DNA from: Octopus sinensis
Taxonomy: Eukaryota
DNA length: 64,000 bases
NCBI RefSeq assembly: GCF_006345805.1
Contig: NC_042999.1
Coordinates: forward strand, 103,726,001 to 103,790,000
Direction: 5' to 3'
Shown: one piece after another, positions 52,901 to 64,000 of the stretch
Layout of the letters: the number at the start of each line of letters is the position of its first letter
Numbering within the stretch: position 1 is the first letter of the stretch
The notes under the pieces: generated by a model
What the model saw: only the letters and a program-made list of their open reading frames with translations
The model's database searches: none
Told to the model about the DNA's origin: nothing
Translations under genes and position numbers: made by a program

Positions 52901-55290
52901 ATGTATGTATACACAGACAGATAGATAAAGATATGCATATATGCATACATATCTGTGTGAGTCACTCGAACTACTAGAAATAGATAAGGTGTAATTTGGA
53001 GAGGAGTTGGTTGTTATATCTAGGAAATTGACTAACCATATATAGGCTTTCCTGTCGATAATAAGTGTTGTACACATATCGCTTCAATCGACCACTCCAC
53101 TAATCTACCCTGACTGCACCCCCAAACATGCTGATTCTTGAAAATTTTGTGATATTTGTATCAAAGAAAGAGAATCGAAATACTTTAGTCAATCTATGTA
53201 ATATGTATAATTATATTTAATCTTATGTTTCGGGTTTTTTTCTCCATAACTAATTTCACTGCATTGGTTAATTTTCTTTTGGGCGTATGCTTAGAAAGGG
53301 AGTTCAGTGCAGATGGTCCTGATAGTTTTGGCGGCTTTACTCGCAATCTGACATCACTAGAGATGATTATGCTATCGTTAACGCTGCGAGATTCCTAGAT
53401 TAACAATCAACTTCAAATTTCTATTCATGATTTGCTGTCTTTTTATATAGTTTTATTTCTATTGTTTTAATTTTTCATCTGCCTTTCTTCATTATTATCA
53501 TACTGATGATGATGATTGCTGCTTTACATAATTGTCGTATATTGCCTATCGTTATCTAAATGTTATTCCATCTTTTAGTGTTATTCTATATTTTTGTTGC
53601 TTCTGTTGCTGTTATTACTGCAGCTATTATTCATACTTTGTTGTTCTTGTTGCTATTGATGTTGTGAAGTTCATTGTTATTCCATGTAAAATTACAAGAA
53701 TTATTACCAATTTAGCATTAAATTTTTTTTCCTCTGTGGCAGCATTTGATATTTCTGTTCCTAATTTAATCGATTTTTTTTCTAGCATTTGGTTTCTTGA
53801 TGATCATTATAACTCGTATTGTACTTACAGAATCGATTCGGATTTCTGTTGATGAAATTTTGACGGTTTTGTTACTTCACTCGACTATTGAAATAGTATC
53901 CTTCTTTATTTTCGAAAGATTTATTGCTGCTGTTTTTTACTGGTAAATAGGGGATCGCAATCTTATTCAATGCATCTGTTTTGTTTTTGATTTTGTTTTT
54001 TTCCTCGAGTAACAAAATACAAATCTCGTTCTTTTCTCTCTTTCCTTTTTTTTTTTTGTTTTTCGTTTGTAGGTTCTGTACCTACCGTTGCTATGGTTGT
54101 ATCCATTTCAATTTTTCTAAGTATTGCCTTCGGAATCGGTATACCCCAGACAATTTCTTTCGCAAAATATATGTTCGGTTTTTGTCTGTTAATGTTGATT
54201 TAACATGAAAATTTGGTTGAGAAATTCTTTTCTCGATCATAAGTTTCAGACCTCAACCTGACTGCGCGACAGTATGCCTTGAGTCGACCGAAGCTTTAAA
54301 AGTGAATATAGGTTAACAGGACGTGAGTAGAAATCCGAAGTTTGGGCTGAGCCCGTTACGTAGTTCAAAGGATCAGATTTATCACATGCGGTATCGTTAA
54401 TTTTGACTAAGGATTACACCAAGAGTACGCGTATCAATGAAATACTCAGTCCTTTACATTAAACTTCAATGATCGAACAACCAGAATAGCCATTATCGAA
54501 ACTAATGTAAAATCTCCTTAATTAGTTATCTCAAAAATGGCGATGAGGAGGATGGAAGATATAAAGTCACTAAGTCCATTGGAAAGGTTAACGAGTTCAG
54601 CACTTGTTTGTATCGAATAAATGAATTTTGCAAATTTGTTCATGTATTACTTTCAAAATCCAGAAATATCCAAATATCCAGTTTTTGTTTGTGCGTCAGT
54701 ATATTTCTTTAATATAATTAGAATAGATTACTTTAATTTTGCTTTGATTTTGTTTCCCCGGTCTTCGCTAAGAAATCTAACAGCTAAAATAGTTGAATAA
54801 TTTCATCAAACGCAAACAAGTCATTTGTCAGAAATGATGTCTATTTAGATTACATGTTGGGAAAATAAATTAACGATTCAACTCTTATATACATATACAT
54901 ATATGTTTTGTAAGATATCGCTGTTGTTTTAGTGTCTAGTTCCAACTAGTTTGTGCATTTGCTTTTCTTTGTAGGTTTGTGAGTGCCTGTAATATTGATA
55001 AAATGGGTGATAAGAGAGAAAGACTAGAAATAAACAGGAAAGTGTGTGCTCATGAAGTTGTGGTGTTATTGATGTAGGGCAACGCGTGTTATATGCGGCG
55101 AGTACAGCTATAAGTGGAAGCACCAGGTTAGATGCGGTAGCCGAGGGGCTCGACAGGGTTTAACATAGACCTTTATCCTTTCTTAAAAAAAAGGTGGGGG
55201 GATAATGTTGGAAAGATCAGGAAGGTCTTGTAGTCAGAGAGTACAAATTGAAGATTTTGCAGGTGCATGTGTGTATCCTGCGCAACCTCA

Positions 55291-55331
<41 letters not shown>

Positions 55332-55649
55332 CTAGAGTGTGAAGGGTGGGTTTCATTGCATAGATTATGTAAATTTGTGGAGATTGGAAGATCAGTGGTG
55401 CGATTGATGGCCTGGGACCTGCAGGATTTGGGATCTACAACAGATCGAGAATGAGGTCTTGCATTTCAGCTTAGGATAATAATATCCGAATCGATCACTC
55501 GGAGAGTTGGAATAACATAATAGCAGACTGGATGTGTTTCGCTGGATTCTATTTCTTTCTTACCCGTGTGTGTGTTTATATATATATGTGTATGTGTGTA
55601 TATATATATATATAGATAAGAAAGTTGGTTTGTGAAAGCACGTGGGTGA

Positions 55650-55892
55650 ATATATAAAAAATAGTAAAGAGTGAAAAAACGACAGAAGGCTTAAATGTTA
55701 AAAAATATATATATTTGTGTCACTATGTCTGAAGAATATTAGAAAATTTTTTAAACAAATTTTTTTTCCTTTATAATGACTTATAAAGGAAAAAAAAATT
55801 GTTTAAAAATTTTCTAATATTCTTCAGAGATATTGACGCAAATATATATATTTTTTAACATTTAAGCCTTCTGTCGTTTTTTCACTCTTTAC

Positions 55893-55905
<13 letters not shown>
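55650..55905. repeat. Near-perfect ~125-bp-arm palindrome with a 4-nt loop
   Basis: 55650-55776 vs 55781-55905; three substitutions plus homopolymer length differences; loop TGAC. Confidence 0.95.
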
Positions 55906-55946
<41 letters not shown>

Positions 55947-56165
55947 CCCTAGGCTCATAAGCAGTTTCTTGGATTTTATGGCGTATATAGTCCACCCCCT
56001 GGAGGGGATGCAGATCTATCGCAGGATTACTCCTCTTTGCCACCAGGTAAATGAACTAGAGCAACGTGAAATGAATTGTTCAAGAACACAAAGCATCACC
56101 TGATCCAGGAATCGAATCCGCAATCTTACGATCATGAGTACAACACCCTAACCATTAAGCCACAC
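55947..56165 (-). mobile_element. tRNA-derived SINE (family C-like)
   Basis: Reverse-strand GGCTTAATGGTTAGGG...GGATTCGATTCC head and TGTGTTCTTGAACAA core. Confidence 0.75.
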
Positions 56166-56184
56166 ACACACACACACACATTGA

Positions 56185-56242
<58 letters not shown>

Positions 56243-56984
56243 ATCCCTTCTAAAGATTTGCATATCTTGTTAACTCTACTAATCTTTTCACTGCTAAACT
56301 TATCACAAGTTAATGATCGAAGCCTCTACATGGTTGTATTAACTGCTATATGAGGCAAATCTCCCAGAAAATTCCATGATACTAAATATTTTTTTTAATT
56401 CGGTATTGTAATCCCAGATAGACTTTCCTTGAAAATAAGATGGCGTTATTTCATCTGGAAAGCCCTTGATCATAAAATTGGTCCGTACAATTAGAGCTGA
56501 GGGGAAAATTAAACGACAAGAACAAACATTAGCATTCTGAATGGTGAGTAAGAGATGAGTAAAGTGCAATCCAAATCAGTAAGAGATTTATAATTTCCAT
56601 TTGTGATCATTCACCTACGCTAATAATGCTTTAGAGAAAGGCATGTACATCACACAATCTCATTCAGCTCCATTATGTTTTCAGAAATAGTATCTGTACA
56701 AAAGGTGTCATCGTTGTAAGGATTATACTTTTTCCATGACCAGGGAACGAAATAGAATATTATGTGAGTTGCATATCTGAAAAAGATTTATGGGGGTTGC
56801 AAATAAAAGTTTAAAGATCTCCGGTTGACACGAGAGAAGAAGTAAAAGTTCAGCTGACAACGCGAGTATAATGGTATATAAAGCTTGCTAGCTTAGTCGA
56901 ACTTAAAGACCTACGTCAGACAATATATTGTCTGGCGAAGGATTTAAACCAGAAAAATGAACTTTCAATAATATAACAATTTAA

Positions 56985-57210
56985 GGCAACGAGCTGGAAG
57001 AGCAGTTAGTACGCCGGAGAAAATGCATAGAGTCATTTAGTTCAGCTTTACATTCTAAATTAAAATTACACCTTTCATCCTTTCAGGGTTGATGAAATAG
57101 GTACCAGGTGAACCCTGATACCTATTTCATCAACCCTGTAATCAACTTTGTAATCGACTTTGTCTATCCCTTGAACTTGCTGACCTTGTACCAAAATTTG
57201 CAACTAATAA
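56985..57210 (+). mobile_element. SINE family A with internal inverted duplication
   Basis: Degenerate head and core; 57084-57103 is inverted exactly at 57119-57138. Confidence 0.8.
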
Positions 57211-57474
57211 TATAACAATTTAATTGCCCGAATAGAAATGCTGGCCAAGACTAACTTTATTCAAATTTAGTTTATCGGGTGCTTGTACATACATTATGGT
57301 AAGTCAAAATCAGTGCAAGTGAGAATGCAAAAAGATTAGATGTCACTTTATTTATAAGAGGCAAGTGGATATCCGGACGTAATGTAAAGAAATGAGAACC
57401 ACTGCAGAGATATAGCTATTAAAAATGTGAAGAGTTCATTGCATTTTATTATTATTATTATTATTATTATTCAG

Positions 57475-59746
57475 TAGTTTTATTTTTATTTTTATAGCGT
57501 GATTTCACTTCACTACCGAGCGCAGCTCTGTGTGCCTTGGGTATGTGCTGTGATTTGTTGTGATGCTCTGATGGTTATTGTATGGAAAGTGTTCTGCGTA
57601 GGATGTGTGCAGTGCCTAGTAGTGCAATTTTCTGTATGTTATATGTGTTTGTAAGTCCTGGTGTTTTTGTTATGTATTTGTCTGAATATTTTTTTATCAT
57701 GCCTAATGCACCTACTATGATAGGAATTGTTTCTGTTTTCAGATTCCACATTCTAGTTACCTCTATTTCCAGGTCTTTGTATTTTGAGAGTTTCTCCATT
57801 TCTTTTAGAGACACGTTGTCATCTGCCGGTACTGATACATCAATTAGAAAGCATTTTTTTTTTCTTCATGGTCTCTGACAACTATATCTGGTCTGTTGGC
57901 CTTAATTTCTCTATCTGTGTGTATCGGCATATCCCAGAGTATGGTTGCTTTCTCGTTTCTGTGACCTTTTCTGGTGTGTGCCTATACCATCTTTTTTCTG
58001 TTGTTATTCCATAATGTTGGCATAGCTTCCAATGTATGTAAGTTCCAACTCTGTCATGTCTGTGAATATATTCCTTCTTAGCCAGGACTGGGCAGCTAGA
58101 GATAATATGATTTATTGTTTCTTGTCCATCTCCACATATTCTGCAGTTACTTGTAATATTTCTTTTCATTACATGTTTTTGGCAATTTCTGGTGGGGAGG
58201 CTTTGGTCTTGTGCTGCAATTAAAAATCCCTCTGTTTCTGCTTTGAGTCCTGAGCTTCTCAACCATTGCTGGGATTTTTCTTTGTCTATTTCTTTTGCGT
58301 TTAGTTTAGTCCAGTATTTACCATGAAGGGGCTTTTCTTGCCATCGTTTTATCATGGTTCGTTGCTGTTCTATTTTTAGTTTGGATTTCATTTTTTTTAT
58401 AGCTTTTGTTGTTTCTTCATCTTCTTCTTCTTCTTCATGTTATTAGGTGGTATGATTTCTTGTTTGTATTTGTCAGCTTCCTTAAATACTGAGAACAGTT
58501 TTTTGTTTTGCTCGTGTTTTGCCGCTATCTGGATCAGTTTTCCTTCCTTCTGAAGTAGATATTTTTGCAGTCCTATGGTGGTTATTTTATAGTAGTTTTC
58601 CAGCTGTATAAGGCCTCTACCACCTTCTATACGTTGTATATATAGTCTTTCTATGTCAGATTTTGGGTGATGCATCCTAGATCCTGTCATTATTTTTCTT
58701 GTTTTCCTGTCTATTTTGGTCAGTTCATTTCGTGTCCAGTTAAGGATATTGTAGCTGTAACTTATAACTGGGACAGCTAAAGTGTTGATACCTATTATCT
58801 TGTTTTTAGCATTGAGCTCTGTGTTTAGTATTGATCTAACTCGTCTATAATATTCTTTTTTTATTTTCTCTTTCATTTGTGTGTGTTGTGTCTTATCTAG
58901 TTCATGGATTCCTAAGTATTTGTAAGTTTGGCTTTGGTCTAATTCTTTTATTTCATTTGCTTCATCTAGTGTGATGTTGTTACTCTTAACTAGTTTTCCT
59001 CTTTTCATGGTTACTTTGGTGCATTTTTCTAATCCAAATTTCATATTTATTTCTTTGGTAAATCCATGAACTGTCTTTAATAGTGTTTCCAGCTGTTTGT
59101 CATTTGCAGCGTATAGTTTTAGGTCATCCATATATAAAAGGTGGCTGATCGTTTTGCCGTAACATTTATATCCGCATCCAGTTCTATTTAGCATATCAGA
59201 TAGAGGTGACAGTGCTAAGCAGAAAAGGAGTGGAGAGAGCGTATCTCCCTGGAATATTCCTCTTCTAATGGGGATGTCTTTGGTTTTCATGAGTCCCTCT
59301 TTTGTTTGGAGGTGTAGGACTGTTTGCCATTTATTCATAGAGTGCTCTATGAATTTTATGATTGTTGGTGCTACTTTGTTAATGGCTAGTGTTTCGAGGA
59401 TCCATGTGTGGGGGATGCTATCAAACGCCTTTTTGTAGTCAATCCAGGCCATACTGAGGCCTTTCTTCTTTCTGTGGCTGTCTTCAGTTATGGCTTTATT
59501 AATCATTAGTTGATATTTACAGCCATATGAGCCTTTGCGGCATCCTTTCTGCTCTTCTGGGAACAGTTTGTTTTCGTCCAGGTGCTTGTTCAGCCTTTGT
59601 GATATCACTGCAGTAAATGCCTTGAACATAGTAGGGAGGCAGGTTATTGGTCTGTAGTTTTCTGGTTTTTCTGTTTCATTTGATTTGGGAATTAAGATGG
59701 TTTTCCCCTTCGTGAGCCATTCAGGCATTGTCTCTGGCTCTGCTAG
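57475..59746 (-). mobile_element. R4/Dong-clade non-LTR retrotransposon (RT, CCHC, restriction-like endonuclease), 5'-truncated, two frameshifts
   Basis: ORF 58397..59887: YRPITCL, EQKGCR, WIDYKKAFDS, RGIFQGDTLSPLLF, HLLYMDDLKLY, YKYLG, GGRGL. ORF 57882..58391: PLHG, CRICG..ETINHIISSC, RHDRV. ORF 57575..57814: EKLSKYKDL, PIIVGALG. (TAA)n on both sides. Confidence 0.93.
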
Positions 59747-59763
59747 TATTATTATTATTATTA

Positions 59764-59812
<49 letters not shown>

Positions 59813-59819
<7 letters not shown>

Positions 59820-60793
59820 TTAGCGAAGGCGGAGGTATTGTTTTCACTCGTGTTTGTTTGTTTGTTAGTTTGTTTGTCCGTGGACAAGATATCTCAAGAA
59901 CCGCTGGATGGATTCGGATAAAACTTTCAAGGATATTTTACCTCGTAACTGGCACGAACTGATTAGATTTTGGGATCGTTCCGATACAGGACAAGGATTC
60001 TGGATTGTTTTTCCTGTTTCTTACTTAATTTTTGAGAGCGGTCGGGTTCATTTTTAGTATTTTCATTTGTGAGAGCAGTCGAGTTTATTTCAAATATTCT
60101 CATTTTAAAAATCATCTCTGGCTGATCGTTGAGAAGACGTCGGTGTTGTAGTCGAGTCATTTGATTTCCTATAGTATTTGATGTGTGTTCGCTTCATGTG
60201 AGTCTTGTTGTTGTTTAAATTGTTGAAGGTCTACTGTACCTAATTGTTGTATTACTGAATTGTTAAATTTATTGTTACCTGTGAATTTTTATTTTCTTCC
60301 TCGTCTATGGGTGAAGTTGTGAATAACAACTTTATGGAAATTCAACCAGTTCCAGCAGGCAGTTACGCTGCAGTAACTGGGAATAGTCTAACGGCAGATA
60401 TCCTGCAAGTAAGAGAAATTCGACTGAACGACACAAATGTATAATGAATTGTTACGAATGGAGGTAGACAGTCTGAGGCTGACGCCGCCCAAGGAAATTA
60501 TGGAAAAACAGAAAAAAGGACAGTAATATACAGAACACTGTCTATCGCTACAAAAAGGGTTGAAATAGCTGCAGTAGAGGCAGTCGAAGAATGCTTGAAA
60601 GAAATCAAAAGCCTAACTATGTATTACACCAGAGGAAAGAAATATGGCACAGTAGAAGTACGTTTCGCGAGTGAACAAGAAGTGATAAAACACTCTACTG
60701 TGCCTTTGAGATCAAATGAGTGGGTACTGCTACCAACCTACTGTAGTAAACATGCGGCCAGGGTTAGGATTTTGCGCTCCTTGAGTGCTCTTG
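59813..60793 (+). mobile_element. Probable Helentron-associated non-autonomous element (HINE/DINE-1-like)
   Basis: 5' ATTACCT..CGAAGGCGGAGGTATTGTTTTC, GTTTGTTTG microsatellite, AAGATATCTCAAGAACCGCTGGATGGATT...AAACTTTCA...GATTAGATTTTGG, and 3' TTTGCGCTCCTTGAGTGCTCTTGTT; matches the recalled HINE architecture. Confidence 0.55.
60307..60770 (+). pseudogene. Frameshifted ORF1-like (RRM-type) LINE fragment
   Basis: Three offset frames give MGEVVNNNFMEIQP..., MYNELLRMEV..., RTVIYRTLS...RGKKYGTVEVRFASEQE...LLPTYCSKHAARVRI; resembles ORF1p N-terminal RRM regions. Identity not verified. Confidence 0.45.
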
Positions 60794-61639
60794 TTGTTGT
60801 TGTTGCTATTGTTATTATTATTATTATTATTATTGTTGTTGTTGTTGTTATTGTTGTTGTTGTTGCTATTGTTATTATTATTATTATTGTTGTTGTTGTT
60901 GTTATTGTTGTTGTTGTTATTTGTCTTCTTTTTCTCCTTCTTCTTCCTATCTGTCTGTCTGTGTCTCTCTGTCTTTCTCAATATATATTTTATGAGTAAT
61001 TTTAATACATTGAGATGTTATTCGCACAAAATATAAAAAAGGATTATAATCTTACTTGCGTCTGACCATAATATGAATTCATTCGACGACAAAAAGAGTT
61101 CGGTCTACGTTGGTAAGTTGTCAGCACTAGCTCACTTTTAACTGCATTAAATAAGGTATTTACCTGGGACGGGGACCTTAGCGTCACGTGTCGGCGTCTC
61201 AAGCGGAGATCAGAGAAAAATAAATTGACCAAAGTGCAGAGCAACCACGTGATTATCAAGATGAATGAACATCGGTTGCTACATATTTGTGACTTTTTTT
61301 TACATAAGGACCTACTATTAATCTAATCTGGTGTATACAGAGACCATCACTATTTTTTTTCTCTGTGCATAAACAATTTATAAGTAAAAACATCACAGTG
61401 CCACAATATGTAGGGACCAATTTCATTAGAAAGCTATCATCTTCAAGAAAGTTCATGTAATCAACAAAACTAGAACAGAATAAGAATGAACGCTGCGCTA
61501 AAGATAAAAAGTTATTTATCGATAGCTCCTGACAGCGTTCAAAAAACAAAATTCAGTAATTATTCAAAGATAGTAGAAAGAACGAACCACACACAGGGGA
61601 TTCTTGTCATTATCATTTAAACTTATATCAGCATTTCCC

Positions 61640-61800
61640 TCGTTTTTGCATTCTGAATTCCAACTCCGCAGAGGTCTACTTTGCCTTTCATCCTTTCAGA
61701 GACGATAGGATAAGTACCAGTTCAGTACTGAGGTCGATGTAATCGACTTACTCCCCACCCACCCCGAAATTCTTGGCCCTGTGCCAAACTTTGAAGCCAA
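61640..61800 (+). mobile_element. SINE family A, degenerate 3' part
   Basis: CTTTGCCTTTCATCCTTTC core and GGTCGATGTAATCGACTT. Confidence 0.8.
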
Positions 61801-63509
61801 TATATCAGAGACTACATTATCCGATGTGTTCTTTTAAGGCGGGTGGTGAATGATGATTATAGAGTGTGATTTCGGATAGATTTAGTTGCTATTTCTAGCA
61901 GGTCGAGCGATGATGCTGAAATTAATTTACTGAATCATAATTGTATGCGTATGTGTATGGTGTGATGGTGTATGTGAAGTTGTGAGTGTAATAGTGTATG
62001 TGTAGTTAGTTGTATATATGGTGATGTATATCAACTTTTCATATGAATAGTGTGTGTGTAGTTGCTTGTGAAGAAGTGTCTACGTAATACTAGTAGTGTA
62101 TACGTAGATGTGTGACTAGTGGTGTAGTGATGCATAAATAAGTGTGCATGATTGTGTACGTGTTGTGAAGTAGACATAGTTGTATATGCACCAGTGTGCA
62201 TATATAGTGTGGCTGTGTAGTTGTGTGGGTAATAGTAAATGCGTCACCACTCTCTATACTTATACAGCTGGCCGATAAAGGTGGCCGCCGAGCACACCCA
62301 ATGAATTCATTACTGTTTAAACCGAATTGCTTATTTAAGCGAAGCTCTACCACCATCTTGGAAGGAAATTTAACTTAATTCGTTTTTTACCTCGAAGTGA
62401 CAGAAATATTTAGTTTTCGCTCAAACCGACTGTTGAACCAGAGGTTCGCAGTCAGGATGTCGCTATTCTTGTGTTATTTTGGTCGAAATAGCAATAATGA
62501 AACTAGAATAAGGTACCGTCTCCCGCTTCTTCTCTCTCGTCGGTTATATTGGTATTCGATCTTTAAAGAGAATGCGTAAATGCAAATTTTTGCTAAAAGT
62601 TTTTCCATGTTTAGAACAACAAATCCCATAAATTTTGAAAATAAATATAATTTCATATGCGTAAACACATATATTTGTTTCCGGCGTGAGTGAAATAATC
62701 ACTTAGTTTCACTATAACTGAATAGCCTGCAACATACCTGAATCACCTGCAACAATTATTGTAATAGCTTTATAATGATTGCCATCTACGGAAAGGCTAA
62801 TAAATCACAGAAAAATTTCCACTGCAAATTGACACATACTTAAATACACACACACGTATATGTGTATATTTATATCTATATGTGTGTGTGAGAGAGAGGG
62901 GGGAGAGAGAGAATGTGTGTGTGTGTGTGTGTGTTTTATCGGATGAATGTAAGTCCGTCCTTTAACTGGAATTATTTGCAAGGATTTCTAATGTCTTTGA
63001 ATTTTCTTATATAAATTCGTATAGGTGTGAAAGCTTCTATAGAAATAATCAGTATATGATTAAACTTAATTTAACAAATTCATACATATTTATATAATAG
63101 AGGAGATTAGATGTTGAAATGGATTAGAGTTTTTATTTTTGATGTTGCTATACAATTCGTTTCGTACAAGAAGTCTCAGATATTCATAAATAGAAAATCG
63201 CAATAGACGTATTTGTAGTCGTCAGTAGCTGATATAAAATCTAAAAAAGCCGTTTAAAGTACATAGATTTTCCGTTAGTTATAATTTTGAGATTAGTATA
63301 TTCGTTCTTGCAATCATGTCTATTTGAATCAATACTAAAAGAATATATATTAACTGGGTGCTAATATATATAGTATTAAAACCTGACACTCTCTCTATGA
63401 AATCCAGTATGTGACTCTATTTAAAATTGCTTAAATTGATTTTATTACTGGTCAAGCTGTATTCGTATGTACGTTGAGAAATGTATGTATATTCATATAT
63501 TCTTTTTGT

Positions 63510-63887
63510 TACTCTTTTACTTGTTTTAGTCAATTGACTGTGGCCATGCTGGAGCACCGCCTTTAGTCGAGCAAATCGACCCCAGGACTTATTCTTTGTA
63601 AGCCTAGTACTTATTCTATCGGTATCTTTTGCTGAACCGCTAAGTTACGGGGACGTAAACCCACCAGCATCGGTTGTCAAGCGATGTTGGGGGGAAAACA
63701 CAGACACACAAACATATACATATACATATATACGACGGGCTTCTTTCAGTTTCCGTCTACCAAATCCACTTTGGTCGGCCCGAGGTTATAGTAGAAGATA
63801 ATAGCCCAAGGTGCCACGCAGTGGGACTGAACCCGGAACCATGTGGTTGGTAAGCAACCTACTTACCACACAGCCACTCCTACGCCT
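63510..63887 (-). mobile_element. Full-length SINE family B
   Basis: Matches 30736-31152 and 38535-38925. Confidence 0.9.
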
Positions 63888-64000
63888 ATATAAATATGTA
63901 TTTTCAAATACAATTTTAGTCTTTACTCAACCGCCATTTCTCCCTTTGATTAATAATATTTTTAGAAAAATTGGTGGTTAATAATAGTATTAAAGAATAA

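Noticed and set aside
54240-54470. Higher-complexity unique block (also 4020-4560 and 62270-62330) as a possible enhancer or ncRNA
   Set aside because: No ORF, splice or structural evidence; it cannot be supported without conservation or chromatin data.
58397-59887. Intact 496-aa gene with a hydrophobic N-terminal anchor
   Set aside because: The N-terminus is read-through from the HINE-like element and the (TAA)n tract; the rest is a 5'-truncated LINE ORF.

Overview
AT-rich, microsatellite-saturated animal DNA. The SINE families and repeat density point to an octopus or other coleoid cephalopod; this is inferred from recalled repeat families, not from a search. The only host gene I can support is the 3' end of a Cys-loop, nicotinic-acetylcholine-receptor-like subunit on the + strand: an M3 exon (29833-30005) and a terminal loop/MA/M4 exon (31769-32221), with matching splice phases. 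I found no ligand-binding, M1 or M2 exons in the 29.8 kb upstream. The rest is transposon-derived: tRNA-derived SINEs, a CR1-type LINE 3' end, several R4/Dong-type (restriction-like endonuclease) LINE fragments in (TAA)n or (TACA)n tracts, Penelope-like element (PLE) remnants with GIY-YIG domains, mariner and hAT relics, a probable Helentron-associated non-autonomous element, and many foldback structures. Three observations stand out. (1) At least eight minimal hammerhead-ribozyme-like motifs occur in short (TA)n-associated elements, several of which look like MITEs but fit inverted-pLTR PLE architecture. (2) A PLE pseudo-LTR with 4x CCAAT/CRE, a TATA box and a splice donor lies 2.3 kb upstream of the M3 exon in sense orientation and could drive a truncated 201-aa M3-M4 isoform. 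(3) There are near-perfect long hairpins that would be dsRNA substrates if transcribed. All functional statements are hypotheses.
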